DNA of 64,000 nt, from contig JBJOIV010000002.1 of NCBI GenBank assembly GCA_046046955.1, positions 1,102 to 65,101 on the forward strand. The letters are read 5' to 3'. Positions 46,891 through 56,988 of this stretch are shown here, piece by piece. Below the pieces are notes generated by a model. That model worked only from the letters and a program-made list of their open reading frames with translations. It had not been told where the DNA came from and did not search any database. How positions within the stretch are numbered: the first letter of the stretch is position 1; the number at the start of each line of letters is the position of its first letter. Source of the DNA: Bacteroidota bacterium (lineage in GTDB: Bacteria > Bacteroidota > Bacteroidia > Cytophagales > Spirosomataceae). The position numbers and the translations under genes are program-made.

Positions 46891-48144
46891 TTATTCAAAA
46901 GTTGTGTATGCTTCCACTCCAAATTCAACGGCATCAATACCGGCAGATTCAGCTTTGTGGCTTAATCGAATACCCATCGTCTTTTTCAAGATCATGAATA
47001 AGGCATAAGTCGTAGCGAATGAGAAAACACTGATGACAGAAACTCCGATTAATTGTGTGATGAATTGTGCGCTCTCGCCGGTGATGAATAGGCCATTTTT
47101 CTGAGAGAATAAACCTACGGCAATCGTTCCAAAGAAACCATTCACCCCATGAACCGCTACCGCACCCACTGGATCATCCACTTTCATTTTGTCGACTACT
47201 ACCACCGCAATATCGACAATAGTACCTGCAATGAAACCAATGATTAACGCTGAATCTGCTGAAACAACATTACATCCGGCTGTAATAGCTACTAAACCAG
47301 CTAATACCCCATTAATTACCATGGTAATATCGACTTTTTTGTAACGCAAATACGTGTATAACATGGTGGCTATACCACCTGCAGCCGATGCTAAAAAGGT
47401 ATTAGTAGCGACAGAACCAATTAAATCCCATTTGCCCACAGCTCCTAATGTAGAACCAGGGTTGAATCCGAACCAACCGAACCAAAGGATAAACGCACCC
47501 ACTGCCGATAAGGTTAAGTTATGTCCCGGAATTGCATTCGCTGTTCCGTCCTCGTTGTATTTTCCTAATCGAGGTCCTAAAACGATTGCACCCGCAAGTG
47601 CAGCAAAACCACCCATCGCATGAATAGCTGCGGAACCAGCGAAATCATTAAATCCGCGCAAAGCTAACCAGCCTCCCGGATTCCAAACCCAGTTAGCCGC
47701 CAATGGATATAGGACTGCACTGAAAATAGCAACATAAATGGCATAAGACCACATTTTCATACGTTCCGCAACACCGCCTGAGACGATGGAAATGGCAGCG
47801 ACTGCGAAGCCCATTTGGATAAACCAGAAAAGGGAGTTGGAAATAGTGAGACCTAAGCCTAAATCACCTTCCATAATACCGGTGTCGAAAGCCCAATAGC
47901 CATTCGATTTGCCATAGGCAATTCCGAATCCGACTAAATAAAAGGCAACGCCACCGAACATGATATCGATCATGACTTTGGCAATAATACTGATGGCATT
48001 CTTAGAACGGACGAATCCAGCTTCTAGGAGGGCAAATCCTCCTTCCATTTGGAAAATTAGAGCGGCGCAAAGGGCCACCCAAACAGTGTCAATAGCGTGT
48101 GTGAGTTCCACTTGCTGAGCAGCAAGCGTGGCAGTTTCATTCAT
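46891..48144 (-). CDS. amtB: Ammonium transporter
   Basis: DFAGS, GPRLG, WFGWFGFNPGS and DDPVGAVAVHG. Probable start 48144. Confidence 0.96.
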   Translation of the reverse strand: MNETATLAAQQVELTHAIDTVWVALCAALIFQMEGGFALLEAGFVRSKNAISIIAKVMIDIMFGGVAFYLVGFGIAYGKSNGYWAFDTGIMEGDLGLGLTISNSLFWFIQMGFAVAAISIVSGGVAERMKMWSYAIYVAIFSAVLYPLAANWVWNPGGWLALRGFNDFAGSAAIHAMGGFAALAGAIVLGPRLGKYNEDGTANAIPGHNLTLSAVGAFILWFGWFGFNPGSTLGAVGKWDLIGSVATNTFLASAAGGIATMLYTYLRYKKVDITMVINGVLAGLVAITAGCNVVSADSALIIGFIAGTIVDIAVVVVDKMKVDDPVGAVAVHGVNGFFGTIAVGLFSQKNGLFITGESAQFITQLIGVSVISVFSFATTYALFMILKKTMGIRLSHKAESAGIDAVEFGVEAYTTFE

Positions 48145-48248
48145 GGTTTTGTGTTTTGTATATAATGCTTCTTGTTTCAAAAATACAAAACGATTTGGAA
48201 TATTCTGCATTTTGATGGAACTTTAACGTTATACAAAAACCTATTTCA

Positions 48249-50138
48249 ATGAAGAAAATTATTGCTCTCGTTTGCTTGAGTTTAAGCTTAAGTTACGCAT
48301 CATCAGCACAAAAACCGGCTATTATCCCCATCCCCACGGAGGCATCTTATCCAGCTGGGAAGTTTACATTACCTACTTCTATTTCAATTTCTGGTCCATC
48401 TGATCCACAGATGAAAGTGGCCTATGCGACTTTGGTAGGTAAACTAAAAGTGGCTACAGGTCGTCCAGTGAGTCTTAAATCAGCAGGTTCCGCTACCATT
48501 CAATTGCAATTAGTGAGCAACACTAAGTTAGGTGCAGAAGGTTACGAACTACAGGTTAATTCAAATGGCGTAAAAATCAAGGCTAATAAACTGGTTGGTC
48601 TTTTTTATGGAATTCAGACCTTATATCAATTATTACCAAAGGAAATCGAATCAAAATCAGTGGCAAAAGGTGTACAATGGGCGATTCCATATGCTCAGAT
48701 TACAGATACGCCTCGCTTCGCTTGGCGTGGTCAAATGTTTGATGTGGCGCGTCACTTCTTCTCCAAGGAAGATGTAAAGAAATTTATCGACGATATGGTG
48801 GAATACAAATACAACATTTTGCATTTCCACTTAACGGATGATGAGGGCTGGAGAATTGAGATAAAATCCTATCCTAATTTGACGAAAAAAGGAGCATTTA
48901 ATGTGAAGAAAGAAGGACGTTTTACGACTTTCTCGAAGCCTGAGCCGAATGAGCCACGCACGTATGGTGGTTTTTATACGCAAGAAGATATCAAGGAATT
49001 GGTAAAATACGGGCAAGAACGTTTTGTGAATATCGTTCCTGAGATTGATGTTCCAGGTCACTCAATGGCTGCGGTAGCTTCATATCCAGAACTTTCTTGC
49101 ACGCCAGGTGCGGATAAATACGAAGTGATTTCAGGTGAGCCGTTTATCGATTGGTCTCATGGACATCCAGAGGCTTTACAAGATAATACTTTGTGTCCAG
49201 CGAATGAAAATGTATATACCTTCCTAGATAAGGTGATGGGTGAGGTGGCTAGTTTATTCCCGTATGACTATATCCACATGGGTGGTGATGAGTGTCCGAA
49301 GAACTATTGGGATAAGAATCCGGAAATTTTGGCTTTACGAGCTAGAGAAGGTTTGAAGAATTCACAGGAAGTGCAAGCGTATTTTGTGCGTCGTTTAGAA
49401 AAGATCATTTCAGGTAAAGGAAAGCGCATGTTAGGCTGGGATGAGATTTTAGAAGGAGGCGGATTGCCAAAAGGCACCTCAGTGATGTCTTGGCGCGGAA
49501 TTAAAGGCGGTGTTGAAGCAGCGAAATTAGGCCATGAAGTGGTAATGACGCCTAATGATAACGTCTACGTTGACTTGATGCAAGGTGATGTGGCTTTAGA
49601 ACCACCGGTTTATAGAACCGTTCGATTAACAGATTCCTATGCCTTTAATCCAGTTCCTGATGGAGTGGATGCGAAATTAGTGAAGGGCGGACAGGCGAAT
49701 ATGTGGTCTGAGCAATTGTATAATTACCGTCACTTGCAGTATATGATGAATCCAAGAGCTTTGGCCATTTCTGAAGCCCTATGGTCTCCGAATCAAAATA
49801 AAAACTGGGTCGACTTTGTGGGCCGTGTGGAGGATCATTTTGCTCGTTTTGATATCGCTGATAAGAAATACGCTCCTTCGATGTTTGAAGCAATCGTAAA
49901 GGTTTCTAAGAATGCCAAAGGTGAGCTTTTTGTGGAATTAAAGAATGAAATTCCTGGTTTAAATATTCATTATAGCTTTGATAACTCGTATCCGGATAAC
50001 CATTATCCATCAGCCTCTGGTCTAGTTGCCGTACCTAAGGATGCAGAATTGATGCGCATTGTTTCGTATCGTGGATCAAAAATGATGGGGCGTATGATGA
50101 ATATCTCCCGTACAGATTTAGAGAAAAGAGCTAGATAA
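48249..50138 (+). CDS. Beta-N-acetylhexosaminidase (GH20)
   Basis: DVARHF, HLTDDEGWR, PEIDVPGH and HMGGDE motifs. Confidence 0.95.
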   Translation: MKKIIALVCLSLSLSYASSAQKPAIIPIPTEASYPAGKFTLPTSISISGPSDPQMKVAYATLVGKLKVATGRPVSLKSAGSATIQLQLVSNTKLGAEGYELQVNSNGVKIKANKLVGLFYGIQTLYQLLPKEIESKSVAKGVQWAIPYAQITDTPRFAWRGQMFDVARHFFSKEDVKKFIDDMVEYKYNILHFHLTDDEGWRIEIKSYPNLTKKGAFNVKKEGRFTTFSKPEPNEPRTYGGFYTQEDIKELVKYGQERFVNIVPEIDVPGHSMAAVASYPELSCTPGADKYEVISGEPFIDWSHGHPEALQDNTLCPANENVYTFLDKVMGEVASLFPYDYIHMGGDECPKNYWDKNPEILALRAREGLKNSQEVQAYFVRRLEKIISGKGKRMLGWDEILEGGGLPKGTSVMSWRGIKGGVEAAKLGHEVVMTPNDNVYVDLMQGDVALEPPVYRTVRLTDSYAFNPVPDGVDAKLVKGGQANMWSEQLYNYRHLQYMMNPRALAISEALWSPNQNKNWVDFVGRVEDHFARFDIADKKYAPSMFEAIVKVSKNAKGELFVELKNEIPGLNIHYSFDNSYPDNHYPSASGLVAVPKDAELMRIVSYRGSKMMGRMMNISRTDLEKRAR

Positions 50139-50797
50139 TGCTTTTAAACCTCCTTTTTAGTATTCTATTATCGGTCGGGGTGCCCAATATTTCGGGCGCC
50201 TCGACTGCTTCTACGACGAACTATCTTTCCGTCAAAAAAGGATATGTGATGTCCTATAATGGGGTAGAGGGTCGAGCGAATTGGGTGGGCTGGACGTTGA
50301 CGTCAAGTGATATAGGGACAATCCATCGTTCAGATCGATTCATACAAGACGAATCTTTCCCGCGCGGTTTTAAAATAGCAGATGAAACAGATTACAAGCA
50401 TTCCGGTTACGATCGGGGGCATTTATGTAATTCTCAAGATCGTACTTCATCTGTCTACTTAAATGAGGAGACATTTCTGATGTCTAATATGATTCCCCAG
50501 ACGCATGAATTGAATGCGGGGCCATTCAAAATGTTAGAAGAATATTGCAGAAAGTTAGCGGTTAAAAGAGGTCAAAATCTTTTGATCTATTCCGGTGGAA
50601 TTGGATCAAAGGGACGCCTAGCCTCAGGTGTTATCGTTCCAGCCTATTGCTGGAAAGTAGTGTATACACCAGAAAAAATCTGGTGCATACTATTTCCAAA
50701 TGAGAGAGTGCTAAATAAAAACTGGCAAACCTATTCGGTGCCTTTAGTTACGCTAGAAAAAATGACGGGCTATAAATTCCCTCGAAAATTACTTTAG
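50138..50797 (+). CDS. DNA/RNA non-specific endonuclease (secreted)
   Basis: GYDRGHL, TFLMSNM.PQ...N motifs. Confidence 0.93.
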   Translation: MLLNLLFSILLSVGVPNISGASTASTTNYLSVKKGYVMSYNGVEGRANWVGWTLTSSDIGTIHRSDRFIQDESFPRGFKIADETDYKHSGYDRGHLCNSQDRTSSVYLNEETFLMSNMIPQTHELNAGPFKMLEEYCRKLAVKRGQNLLIYSGGIGSKGRLASGVIVPAYCWKVVYTPEKIWCILFPNERVLNKNWQTYSVPLVTLEKMTGYKFPRKLL

Positions 50798-52654
50798 CAT
50801 ATAAATCGCTAATTTCTTCGCAGCTAGGAAGTTTTCGTACTCCAGTGGCGTTCTTCGGTTATTCGTATACTCGGTGTATAACCATGGATCACCCAGCGCA
50901 AACACTTTTCCTTTACCCACTTTAGCCGTAGCCATGACAGGATATCCTAAGTGATTAACAAGTGATTTCGCATTTCCACTCAATTTTAGCGTCGTTATTT
51001 CCTTGATGTACACCTTTTTAATCGGATCAAAAACCTCGTTCCCCTCTGGAATCATGACAGCCCCTTGCTCCCAATTACGTCCTTGAACGAAGTTTAAATT
51101 AGGTGCCACGAATTCAATGCCGAAACGCTTAGCTAAGATATTGAATTGAGGAATCTCGCAGTTCGTCGTGTCATTCGCTAACAGAATCAAATTGCCACCT
51201 GCTTTTACCCAAGCCTCGATTTCATCAGCTGCTTTTGAGGTCATGAAATTCGGCTTCGCTGTTTCTTTATAGCTATCTGGATCTACGATGATGTATACAG
51301 ATGCTCCCTTTAGGTTTTCGCGGGTAGGAGAGACTCCTAGTGTATCTAATGTCGCCCCTAATTGCTCGAATTGGATGCCCCATTGATTAAAACCAGAATC
51401 TTTGCGATCCTCCCAGGTATAGTGGAAACGATTTCCATTCTTCGTCTCGTGGTTAAAGAAATAATCTAAAACGACCTTCTTTCCTGCTCCGATGGATAAT
51501 TCTTTAGCGATCTCCATCTCTAATGAAGCAAGGATAAATGGACCCACGCCTTTTAAATCATCTGTACGCAATGGTTCGCTTAAATAATAGTCATAAGAAC
51601 CATCGCGGTACGGAACGCCACCCAAGCCCCCTACAGAAACTGTTTTCTCTAAATGAATATAACCTGCTGCGTCTTTCGTGATGAATTCTTTTAGGATTCC
51701 CGCATAGCCGCGCTCCGCATTATTACGGAAGGAAACAGGCAAATAGCCTTTTCTTACTCCTTTAGCGAAGGCATAGACAAACATATTTGATGAAGAAGCC
51801 TCGAAGTAATTTCCTTTTTTACCAGGATAACCTGGTAATTGGTACCAAACCCCAGAAACTGGATCTTGAATCTTAGCGATAGCGCCTGCTAATTGATTTA
51901 ATTGTTGGATTAAAATGCCTCTAGATGGATGATTCTTTGGCATATAATCTAATACATCCACTAAGGCCATTACGTACCAACCCATGGAGCGACCCCAAAA
52001 ATTAGGCGAATGCCCATTGGTCTTATCTGCCCAAGGCTGTGCTTTCGCTTGATCGTAGGCGTGGAATAATAAGCCTGTTTTTGAATCGATGGCTCCTTTG
52101 TACATCAATTTGAATTGCTTGACTATATCAGACCAGTTGTCTTGATTGGTTATTTGGCCATATTCCGCATAGAATGGCTCTAGCATGTACAAGCCGTCTA
52201 ACCACATTTGGTTCGGGTATCTTTTTTTATGCCAAAAACCGCCATCCGCATCTCTCGGTTGCTGAGAAATCTGCTTTCTTAATAGATCTGCAGCCTTTTT
52301 ATAGCGTTCATCCCCTAGTTCTTGGTACAAATACAAGAGCATTCGACCGGTCGTGATATTATCCGAATTGAATTCGTCGAAATGGAAGGTGCGGATGTTT
52401 CCGTTCGCATCTACGAAACTATCGATGTTCTTTTTAATGTAGTTAAAGTAAGTGGCGTCCCCAGTTCTTTGGTAGACATGTTCCAAAGCTTTCAATACCA
52501 GCCCTTGCTCATAATCCCAGCCCGCCGGTTTACCTACTTTCACTGTTATGGAGTCTTTATGCGTGTGCATAATGGACTTCGCCATTAATTCAGAATAGTT
52601 TTGAGCGCTAAGAGCAGTGCTTAAACCTAAAAAAAGAACGATCAGTTTTTTCAT
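50789..52654 (-). CDS. Unsaturated rhamnogalacturonyl hydrolase (GH105) fused to a DUF4350/GATase-like domain
   Basis: WDYEQG, WLDGLYM, WGRSMGW, EASSS; C-terminal GNLILLAND and GKGKVFALGDPW. Start 52654. Confidence 0.9.
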   Translation of the reverse strand: MKKLIVLFLGLSTALSAQNYSELMAKSIMHTHKDSITVKVGKPAGWDYEQGLVLKALEHVYQRTGDATYFNYIKKNIDSFVDANGNIRTFHFDEFNSDNITTGRMLLYLYQELGDERYKKAADLLRKQISQQPRDADGGFWHKKRYPNQMWLDGLYMLEPFYAEYGQITNQDNWSDIVKQFKLMYKGAIDSKTGLLFHAYDQAKAQPWADKTNGHSPNFWGRSMGWYVMALVDVLDYMPKNHPSRGILIQQLNQLAGAIAKIQDPVSGVWYQLPGYPGKKGNYFEASSSNMFVYAFAKGVRKGYLPVSFRNNAERGYAGILKEFITKDAAGYIHLEKTVSVGGLGGVPYRDGSYDYYLSEPLRTDDLKGVGPFILASLEMEIAKELSIGAGKKVVLDYFFNHETKNGNRFHYTWEDRKDSGFNQWGIQFEQLGATLDTLGVSPTRENLKGASVYIIVDPDSYKETAKPNFMTSKAADEIEAWVKAGGNLILLANDTTNCEIPQFNILAKRFGIEFVAPNLNFVQGRNWEQGAVMIPEGNEVFDPIKKVYIKEITTLKLSGNAKSLVNHLGYPVMATAKVGKGKVFALGDPWLYTEYTNNRRTPLEYENFLAAKKLAIYMLK

Positions 52655-52655
52655 C

Positions 52656-53486
52656 TTAACGTAATTCAGAAATTTCTGCAAAATCCATATCGGTATAATC
52701 CTTGTTCTCACCCGCCATTCCCCAAATAAAGGAGTAATTCTTCGTTCCTGCTCCACTGTGAATCGACCAAGGTGGCGAAATAATTGCTTGGTGATTATGC
52801 ACCCAAATGTGCTTAGTCTCTGTAGTTTCACCCATTAAATGCAATACGGCATGTCCTGGAGTCACATCGAAATATAAATAAGCCTCCATGCGACGATCGT
52901 GTACGTGTGCCGGCATCGTATTCCAAACCGAACCCGGCTCTAGAATCGTTAATCCCATCACTAATTGACACGATTGGATGCCTTCATTATGAATATACTT
53001 GTAAATCGTACGGTGATTGGATGTTTCCAACGTTCCTAAAACCACTGTCGTTACCTGCTCGCGATCTAATTTTGCATTCGGATAAGAAGCGTGTGCTGGA
53101 GAAGATAATAAGTAGAATAGAGCTGGATTTTCGGATGATTCAGAGCTGAAATTTACGTCTTTCACACCGCGTCCCACGTACACCGCACCTAATTTATCGA
53201 TCGTAAATTGTTCACCATCTGCTGTCACCGTTCCTTTTCCGCCTACGTTAATGATCCCTAGTTCACGTCTCTCTAAGAAGAAATTCGCGCGTAATTTTTC
53301 CGGATTGGGAAGATGCAAGGTGTTCAATACCGGCATCGCACCACCGATGATCATACGATCATAAATGGTATACGTTAATTGTATTTGATCTGCATGAAAA
53401 ATCTTCTCAATTAAGAAATTATCTCTGATTTCTTGATTCGTAAAAGTGGAAACCTCCTTACGGCTCGCCTCAAATCTATAGTCCAT
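52656..53486 (-). CDS. kduI: 5-dehydro-4-deoxy-D-glucuronate isomerase
   Basis: WNTMPAHVHDRRME and SPPWSIHSG motifs. Confidence 0.97.
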   Translation of the reverse strand: MDYRFEASRKEVSTFTNQEIRDNFLIEKIFHADQIQLTYTIYDRMIIGGAMPVLNTLHLPNPEKLRANFFLERRELGIINVGGKGTVTADGEQFTIDKLGAVYVGRGVKDVNFSSESSENPALFYLLSSPAHASYPNAKLDREQVTTVVLGTLETSNHRTIYKYIHNEGIQSCQLVMGLTILEPGSVWNTMPAHVHDRRMEAYLYFDVTPGHAVLHLMGETTETKHIWVHNHQAIISPPWSIHSGAGTKNYSFIWGMAGENKDYTDMDFAEISELR

Positions 53487-53550
53487 TCTAATATGTTTTT
53501 TGTTTTTAAAGCGCTTTTGCGCCTAATTCTACTGTATATTTACACGTTTT

Positions 53551-54261
53551 ATGCCAAAAGAGTTCCAGCACAGCCTCGCCCAATTTCTGCTTTCTGTCGG
53601 TTTTCAGTCGATAGGAGAAGGCTTATGGTTACATGAAGCTACGAAGGTACGCGTAAAAGCGATGCCAGGTAATTCTGAGGAAGGAGATATCTGTATTTGG
53701 GAGGATCAATGGATGAGTCGACAGGTGGCCATCGAAAAACACATCGTCGCTCGTATTAAGCCTTTGCGATCTGTATTTGCCCGAGATACGCGAATCGTTC
53801 CGATCGATGTAGAAACCGCTAGGGATTTTTTAGATCAAGAGCACGTGAAAGGCTATTTAAAAGGATCTTCTTATTTTGGGTGCATCGTTCCGCCACATCG
53901 GGTATTCCGTGGAATTGAAAGTGCTTATTCTTACAAAGAGAGTCCGTTAGTCGCAGTGGCTGTTTTTGGGAAGTCATTCCTCATGAAAGAGCCCGGTTTA
54001 GAGGGCTGTTTGTCTGGTGAACTCATTGAAATAGCCACCTTATCAACGATTCGTTTGGTTGGAGGATTGACCAAATTCTTGCAAGCATATAAAGATGTAA
54101 ATCCTGAAACGCATAATGTAATGACTTATGTGGACAAGGAATGGAATTCAGGAAAAGGATTTTTATCTGTTGGTTTTGCCAAAATTGGAGAGACCGAACC
54201 GATTCAGTTGGAGAATCGAAAAACGAAAGGAAATTTGAAATTGCGTTATGTCTACAGATAA
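53551..54261 (+). CDS. Hypothetical protein resembling phage Hef-like endonuclease-associated domains
   Basis: IWEDQW, VFAR, FL..EH.KG, LVGGLTK and MTYVD..W..G.GF...GF patterns. Confidence 0.6.
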   Translation: MPKEFQHSLAQFLLSVGFQSIGEGLWLHEATKVRVKAMPGNSEEGDICIWEDQWMSRQVAIEKHIVARIKPLRSVFARDTRIVPIDVETARDFLDQEHVKGYLKGSSYFGCIVPPHRVFRGIESAYSYKESPLVAVAVFGKSFLMKEPGLEGCLSGELIEIATLSTIRLVGGLTKFLQAYKDVNPETHNVMTYVDKEWNSGKGFLSVGFAKIGETEPIQLENRKTKGNLKLRYVYR

Positions 54262-54997
54262 GCAGCTCATTGTTTTATTGGGGCCTACGGCAAGTGGGAA
54301 AACAGCTTTAGCTGTCGAAATAGCCTGTGCCCTTGATGGCGAAATCATTTCTGCTGATTCTCGTCAAATCTATAGACGCCTAGACATCGGAACGGGCAAA
54401 GATCTAAAAGAGTATGGATTTATTCCCTATCACTTAATTGATAGCCACGAAATAGGAGAGGCCTTCTCGGTAGCTCATTTCCAAAAAGCTGCTTTTGATG
54501 CCATTAATGATGTATTTGCCAGAGGAAAGCAACCAATACTTTGTGGTGGGACCGGATTGTATATTGAATCCTTATTGGCTAATTACCAATTCTCCCACGT
54601 ACCTCATTTTCTTTCTGAACCTTTGGATATTCAATTCCCTCATGTGGTGTTTGGGTTAAATCCATCGACGGATGAACGTAGAGAAAAAATTACGAGACGT
54701 CTACAAGCTAGGTTGCAAGAGGGAATGCTGGAAGAGGTACAACAACTTCTTGTGGATGGAGTTCATCCGGAAGAATTGCGCTGGCTGGGTCTTGAATACA
54801 AATGGATGATCAATTACATAGAAGGACATATTACCAAAGACGAATTTGAAAAGGGCTTAGAAACGGCTATTCATCAGTTTGCGAAACGTCAAATGACCTA
54901 TTTTCGGAAAATGGAGCGTGCCGGAATCGAAATTAATTGGATTCCGGATACCCTTGATTTTCAGGGCAAAAGAGATTTTATCCTGAATTTTATCTAA
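54248..54997 (+). CDS. miaA: tRNA dimethylallyltransferase (short form)
   Basis: GPTASGKT, ISADSRQ, GGTGLY and QFAKRQMT motifs. Confidence 0.9.
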   Translation: MSTDKQLIVLLGPTASGKTALAVEIACALDGEIISADSRQIYRRLDIGTGKDLKEYGFIPYHLIDSHEIGEAFSVAHFQKAAFDAINDVFARGKQPILCGGTGLYIESLLANYQFSHVPHFLSEPLDIQFPHVVFGLNPSTDERREKITRRLQARLQEGMLEEVQQLLVDGVHPEELRWLGLEYKWMINYIEGHITKDEFEKGLETAIHQFAKRQMTYFRKMERAGIEINWIPDTLDFQGKRDFILNFI

Positions 54998-55014
54998 ATT
55001 TTTAGCCTAAGCTA

Positions 55015-55045
55015 TTGCAAAATGTGGAAAAACGCCTTACTTTTG
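55015..55045 (+). promoter_or_regulatory. tRNA promoter
   Basis: TTG(55015-55017)-N20-TACTTTTG(55038-55045). Confidence 0.7.
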
Positions 55046-55062
55046 CAATCTCTTAAGGAGAC

Positions 55063-55150
55063 AGAGAGTTGGCAGAGTGGTCGATTGCGGCAGTCTTGAA
55101 AACTGTTGACTGTTACAGGTCCGGGGGTTCGAATCCCTCACTCTCTACCA
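55063..55150 (+). tRNA. tRNA-Ser(TGA)
   Basis: Acceptor AGAGAGT/ACTCTCT, anticodon loop CTTGAAA, long variable arm, GTTCGAATC and encoded CCA. Confidence 0.97.
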
Positions 55151-55155
55151 GAGCG

Positions 55156-55184
55156 AAAAGCGAAACGAAAGTTTCGCTTTTTTT
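55156..55184 (+). terminator. Intrinsic terminator after the tRNA
   Basis: AAAAGCGAAAC-gaaa-GTTTCGCTTTT plus T-run. Confidence 0.88.
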
Positions 55185-55212
55185 GTTTCAGGTCATTTAA
55201 TTAAATTTAGGG

Positions 55213-55884
55213 ATGAAATTATACCTTGTACCCACGCCTATTGGAAATTTAGAGGATATCACGTTGCGTGCGATTCGAATCTTGGGCGAAGTGGATGGTA
55301 TATTAGCTGAAGACACACGTAATTCAGGTCAATTATTGAAGCACCTGAATATCTCCAAACCCCTTTATTCCCATCACGCTCACAACGAACACACGGGTGT
55401 TCCTGGTGTCATCAAGATGCTGAAAGAGGGAAAATCATTAGCCTTAATCTCCGATGCAGGCACTCCGGGAATTTCTGATCCGGGATATCTTTTAGTCAAA
55501 GCTTGTGTAGATAATGGGATTGAAGTCGAGTCTTTACCTGGTGCTACAGCCTTTGTTCCAGCTTTAGTCAATTCCGGTTTTCCTACGGATCGTTTCGTTT
55601 ACGAAGGATTCTTGCCTCATAAAAAAGGCCGCCAAACGCGCTGGAAGGCATTAGCTGAAGAGGAGCGTACCATCGTTTTATATGAATCTCCTCACCGTTT
55701 GGTGAAAGCATTGGAGCAAATCATCGAATTTATTTCACCTGAACGTCAGGTGATGGTAGGTCGAGAGTTGAGTAAAATGCACGAACAAATGGTCCGCGGG
55801 ACTGCCACTGAAGTTTTAACTTATTTTACGGCCCATCCGGACAAAGTACGAGGAGAAATTGTTATCGTTATCGCAGGAAAATAG
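55213..55884 (+). CDS. rsmI: 16S rRNA (cytidine1402-2'-O)-methyltransferase
   Basis: PTPIGNLEDIT, AEDTR, SDAGTPGISDPG and YESPHR motifs. Confidence 0.97.
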   Translation: MKLYLVPTPIGNLEDITLRAIRILGEVDGILAEDTRNSGQLLKHLNISKPLYSHHAHNEHTGVPGVIKMLKEGKSLALISDAGTPGISDPGYLLVKACVDNGIEVESLPGATAFVPALVNSGFPTDRFVYEGFLPHKKGRQTRWKALAEEERTIVLYESPHRLVKALEQIIEFISPERQVMVGRELSKMHEQMVRGTATEVLTYFTAHPDKVRGEIVIVIAGK

Positions 55885-56988
55885 ATGAAAAAGCTGTTTT
55901 TATTTTTATTGATGGCTTTTGCAGCAAAAGCCCAATTAAGCTCCAAAGCGGAGGTTGTTTTAGTAACGGTGGCTCCTGGAAAGGAGTTGCATTCGGCTTT
56001 TGGCCATACGATTCTATGGATAAATGATCCCACGAATGGCATCGATAGAGCCTATAGTTATGGTACTTTCGATTTTAAGACGGAGAATTTCTATCTCAAA
56101 TTCTTAATGGGCACCTTACCTTACACGATCTCCGTTCATCCGATGCAGGATGAATTTAATTATAACGCGCAATATGAGAAACGCGGAATGATTGCCCAAA
56201 AACTCCAGCTCGATTCCCTTCAAAAAAATGCCATTTTTCAGGCTTTAGAGACGAATTTATTGCCTGAAAATAGAGAGTATGCCTATAAGTTCTTCTACGA
56301 TAACTGTTCGACACGGATTCGTGACATGATTGAAAAGAATGCGCCGGGCAAATACCAATGGAATCAGAATCCATCACTTGAAGGTAAATCGTATCGGGAT
56401 TGGATGAACAAGTATTTAGAGTCTAATTCTTGGGTGACTTTGGGGATGAATCTAGCCTTAGGCATTCCTTCAAATGTGAAGGCGAATGCTTTACAAGCAT
56501 GTTATTTGCCGGATAATTTAGCCGCTGCGACGAATTTAGCCCCTAAACTAGCTGCGAATCCAGTTAGTTTATTCGATGGAGAAATAGCTCCGGAAACTGG
56601 TTTTGATTTCACTGGACCTTTTGTGATTTTGGGATTATTGACTCTTTTGATTGGATTCTTAAGCTTTAAGCAGGCGTTTCCCTACGCTGCAGATGTGGCT
56701 TTGTTTAGTCTGATCGGAATTCTTGCCTGGTTTGTTTTCTTTTTAGGTACAGCCACAAATCATGAAGTGATGGCCTGGAATCCGGCATCTCTTATGTTAT
56801 TCCCAATGAATTTCCCATTAGTTATCTGGTTTGCTAGAAATCCAATGAAATGGAAGAGGTATTTGCAAGTCATTTCGGTATTATGTTTCGTGGGCCTTGT
56901 CTGGTCTGGAATGCAGTTTTTACCCCTGGTTTTAGCAGGTTTACCTGTATTTATCCGTTTAGTTAGCTTATCCTTCATCAAAAAATAA
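55885..56988 (+). CDS. DUF4105 protein (Lnb-like lipoprotein N-acyltransferase)
   Basis: FGHT, YSYGTFDF and Y.FFYDNCSTR, with C-terminal TM helices. Confidence 0.8.
   Translation: MKKLFLFLLMAFAAKAQLSSKAEVVLVTVAPGKELHSAFGHTILWINDPTNGIDRAYSYGTFDFKTENFYLKFLMGTLPYTISVHPMQDEFNYNAQYEKRGMIAQKLQLDSLQKNAIFQALETNLLPENREYAYKFFYDNCSTRIRDMIEKNAPGKYQWNQNPSLEGKSYRDWMNKYLESNSWVTLGMNLALGIPSNVKANALQACYLPDNLAAATNLAPKLAANPVSLFDGEIAPETGFDFTGPFVILGLLTLLIGFLSFKQAFPYAADVALFSLIGILAWFVFFLGTATNHEVMAWNPASLMLFPMNFPLVIWFARNPMKWKRYLQVISVLCFVGLVWSGMQFLPLVLAGLPVFIRLVSLSFIKK

Noticed and set aside
52655-52831. N-terminal extensions in the ORF track (also 24661, 27374, 30628, 36060, 38161, 45735, 48210)
   Set aside because: They overlap neighbouring genes or promoters; downstream ATGs give proper signal peptides or conserved N-termini.
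53508-53517. AAAGCGCTTT palindrome upstream of kduI as a LacI-type operator
   Set aside because: Only 10 bp, single copy, and no supporting regulator nearby.
7535-54997. Apparent clustering of tRNA-modification genes (truA, queG, mnmA, mnmE, miaA)
   Set aside because: They are dispersed in separate operons over 47 kb, which is plausible by chance in a compact core genome.
55063-55212. tRNA-Ser as an integration site
   Set aside because: No integrase, no duplicated tRNA 3' end seen, and core genes flank it on both sides.
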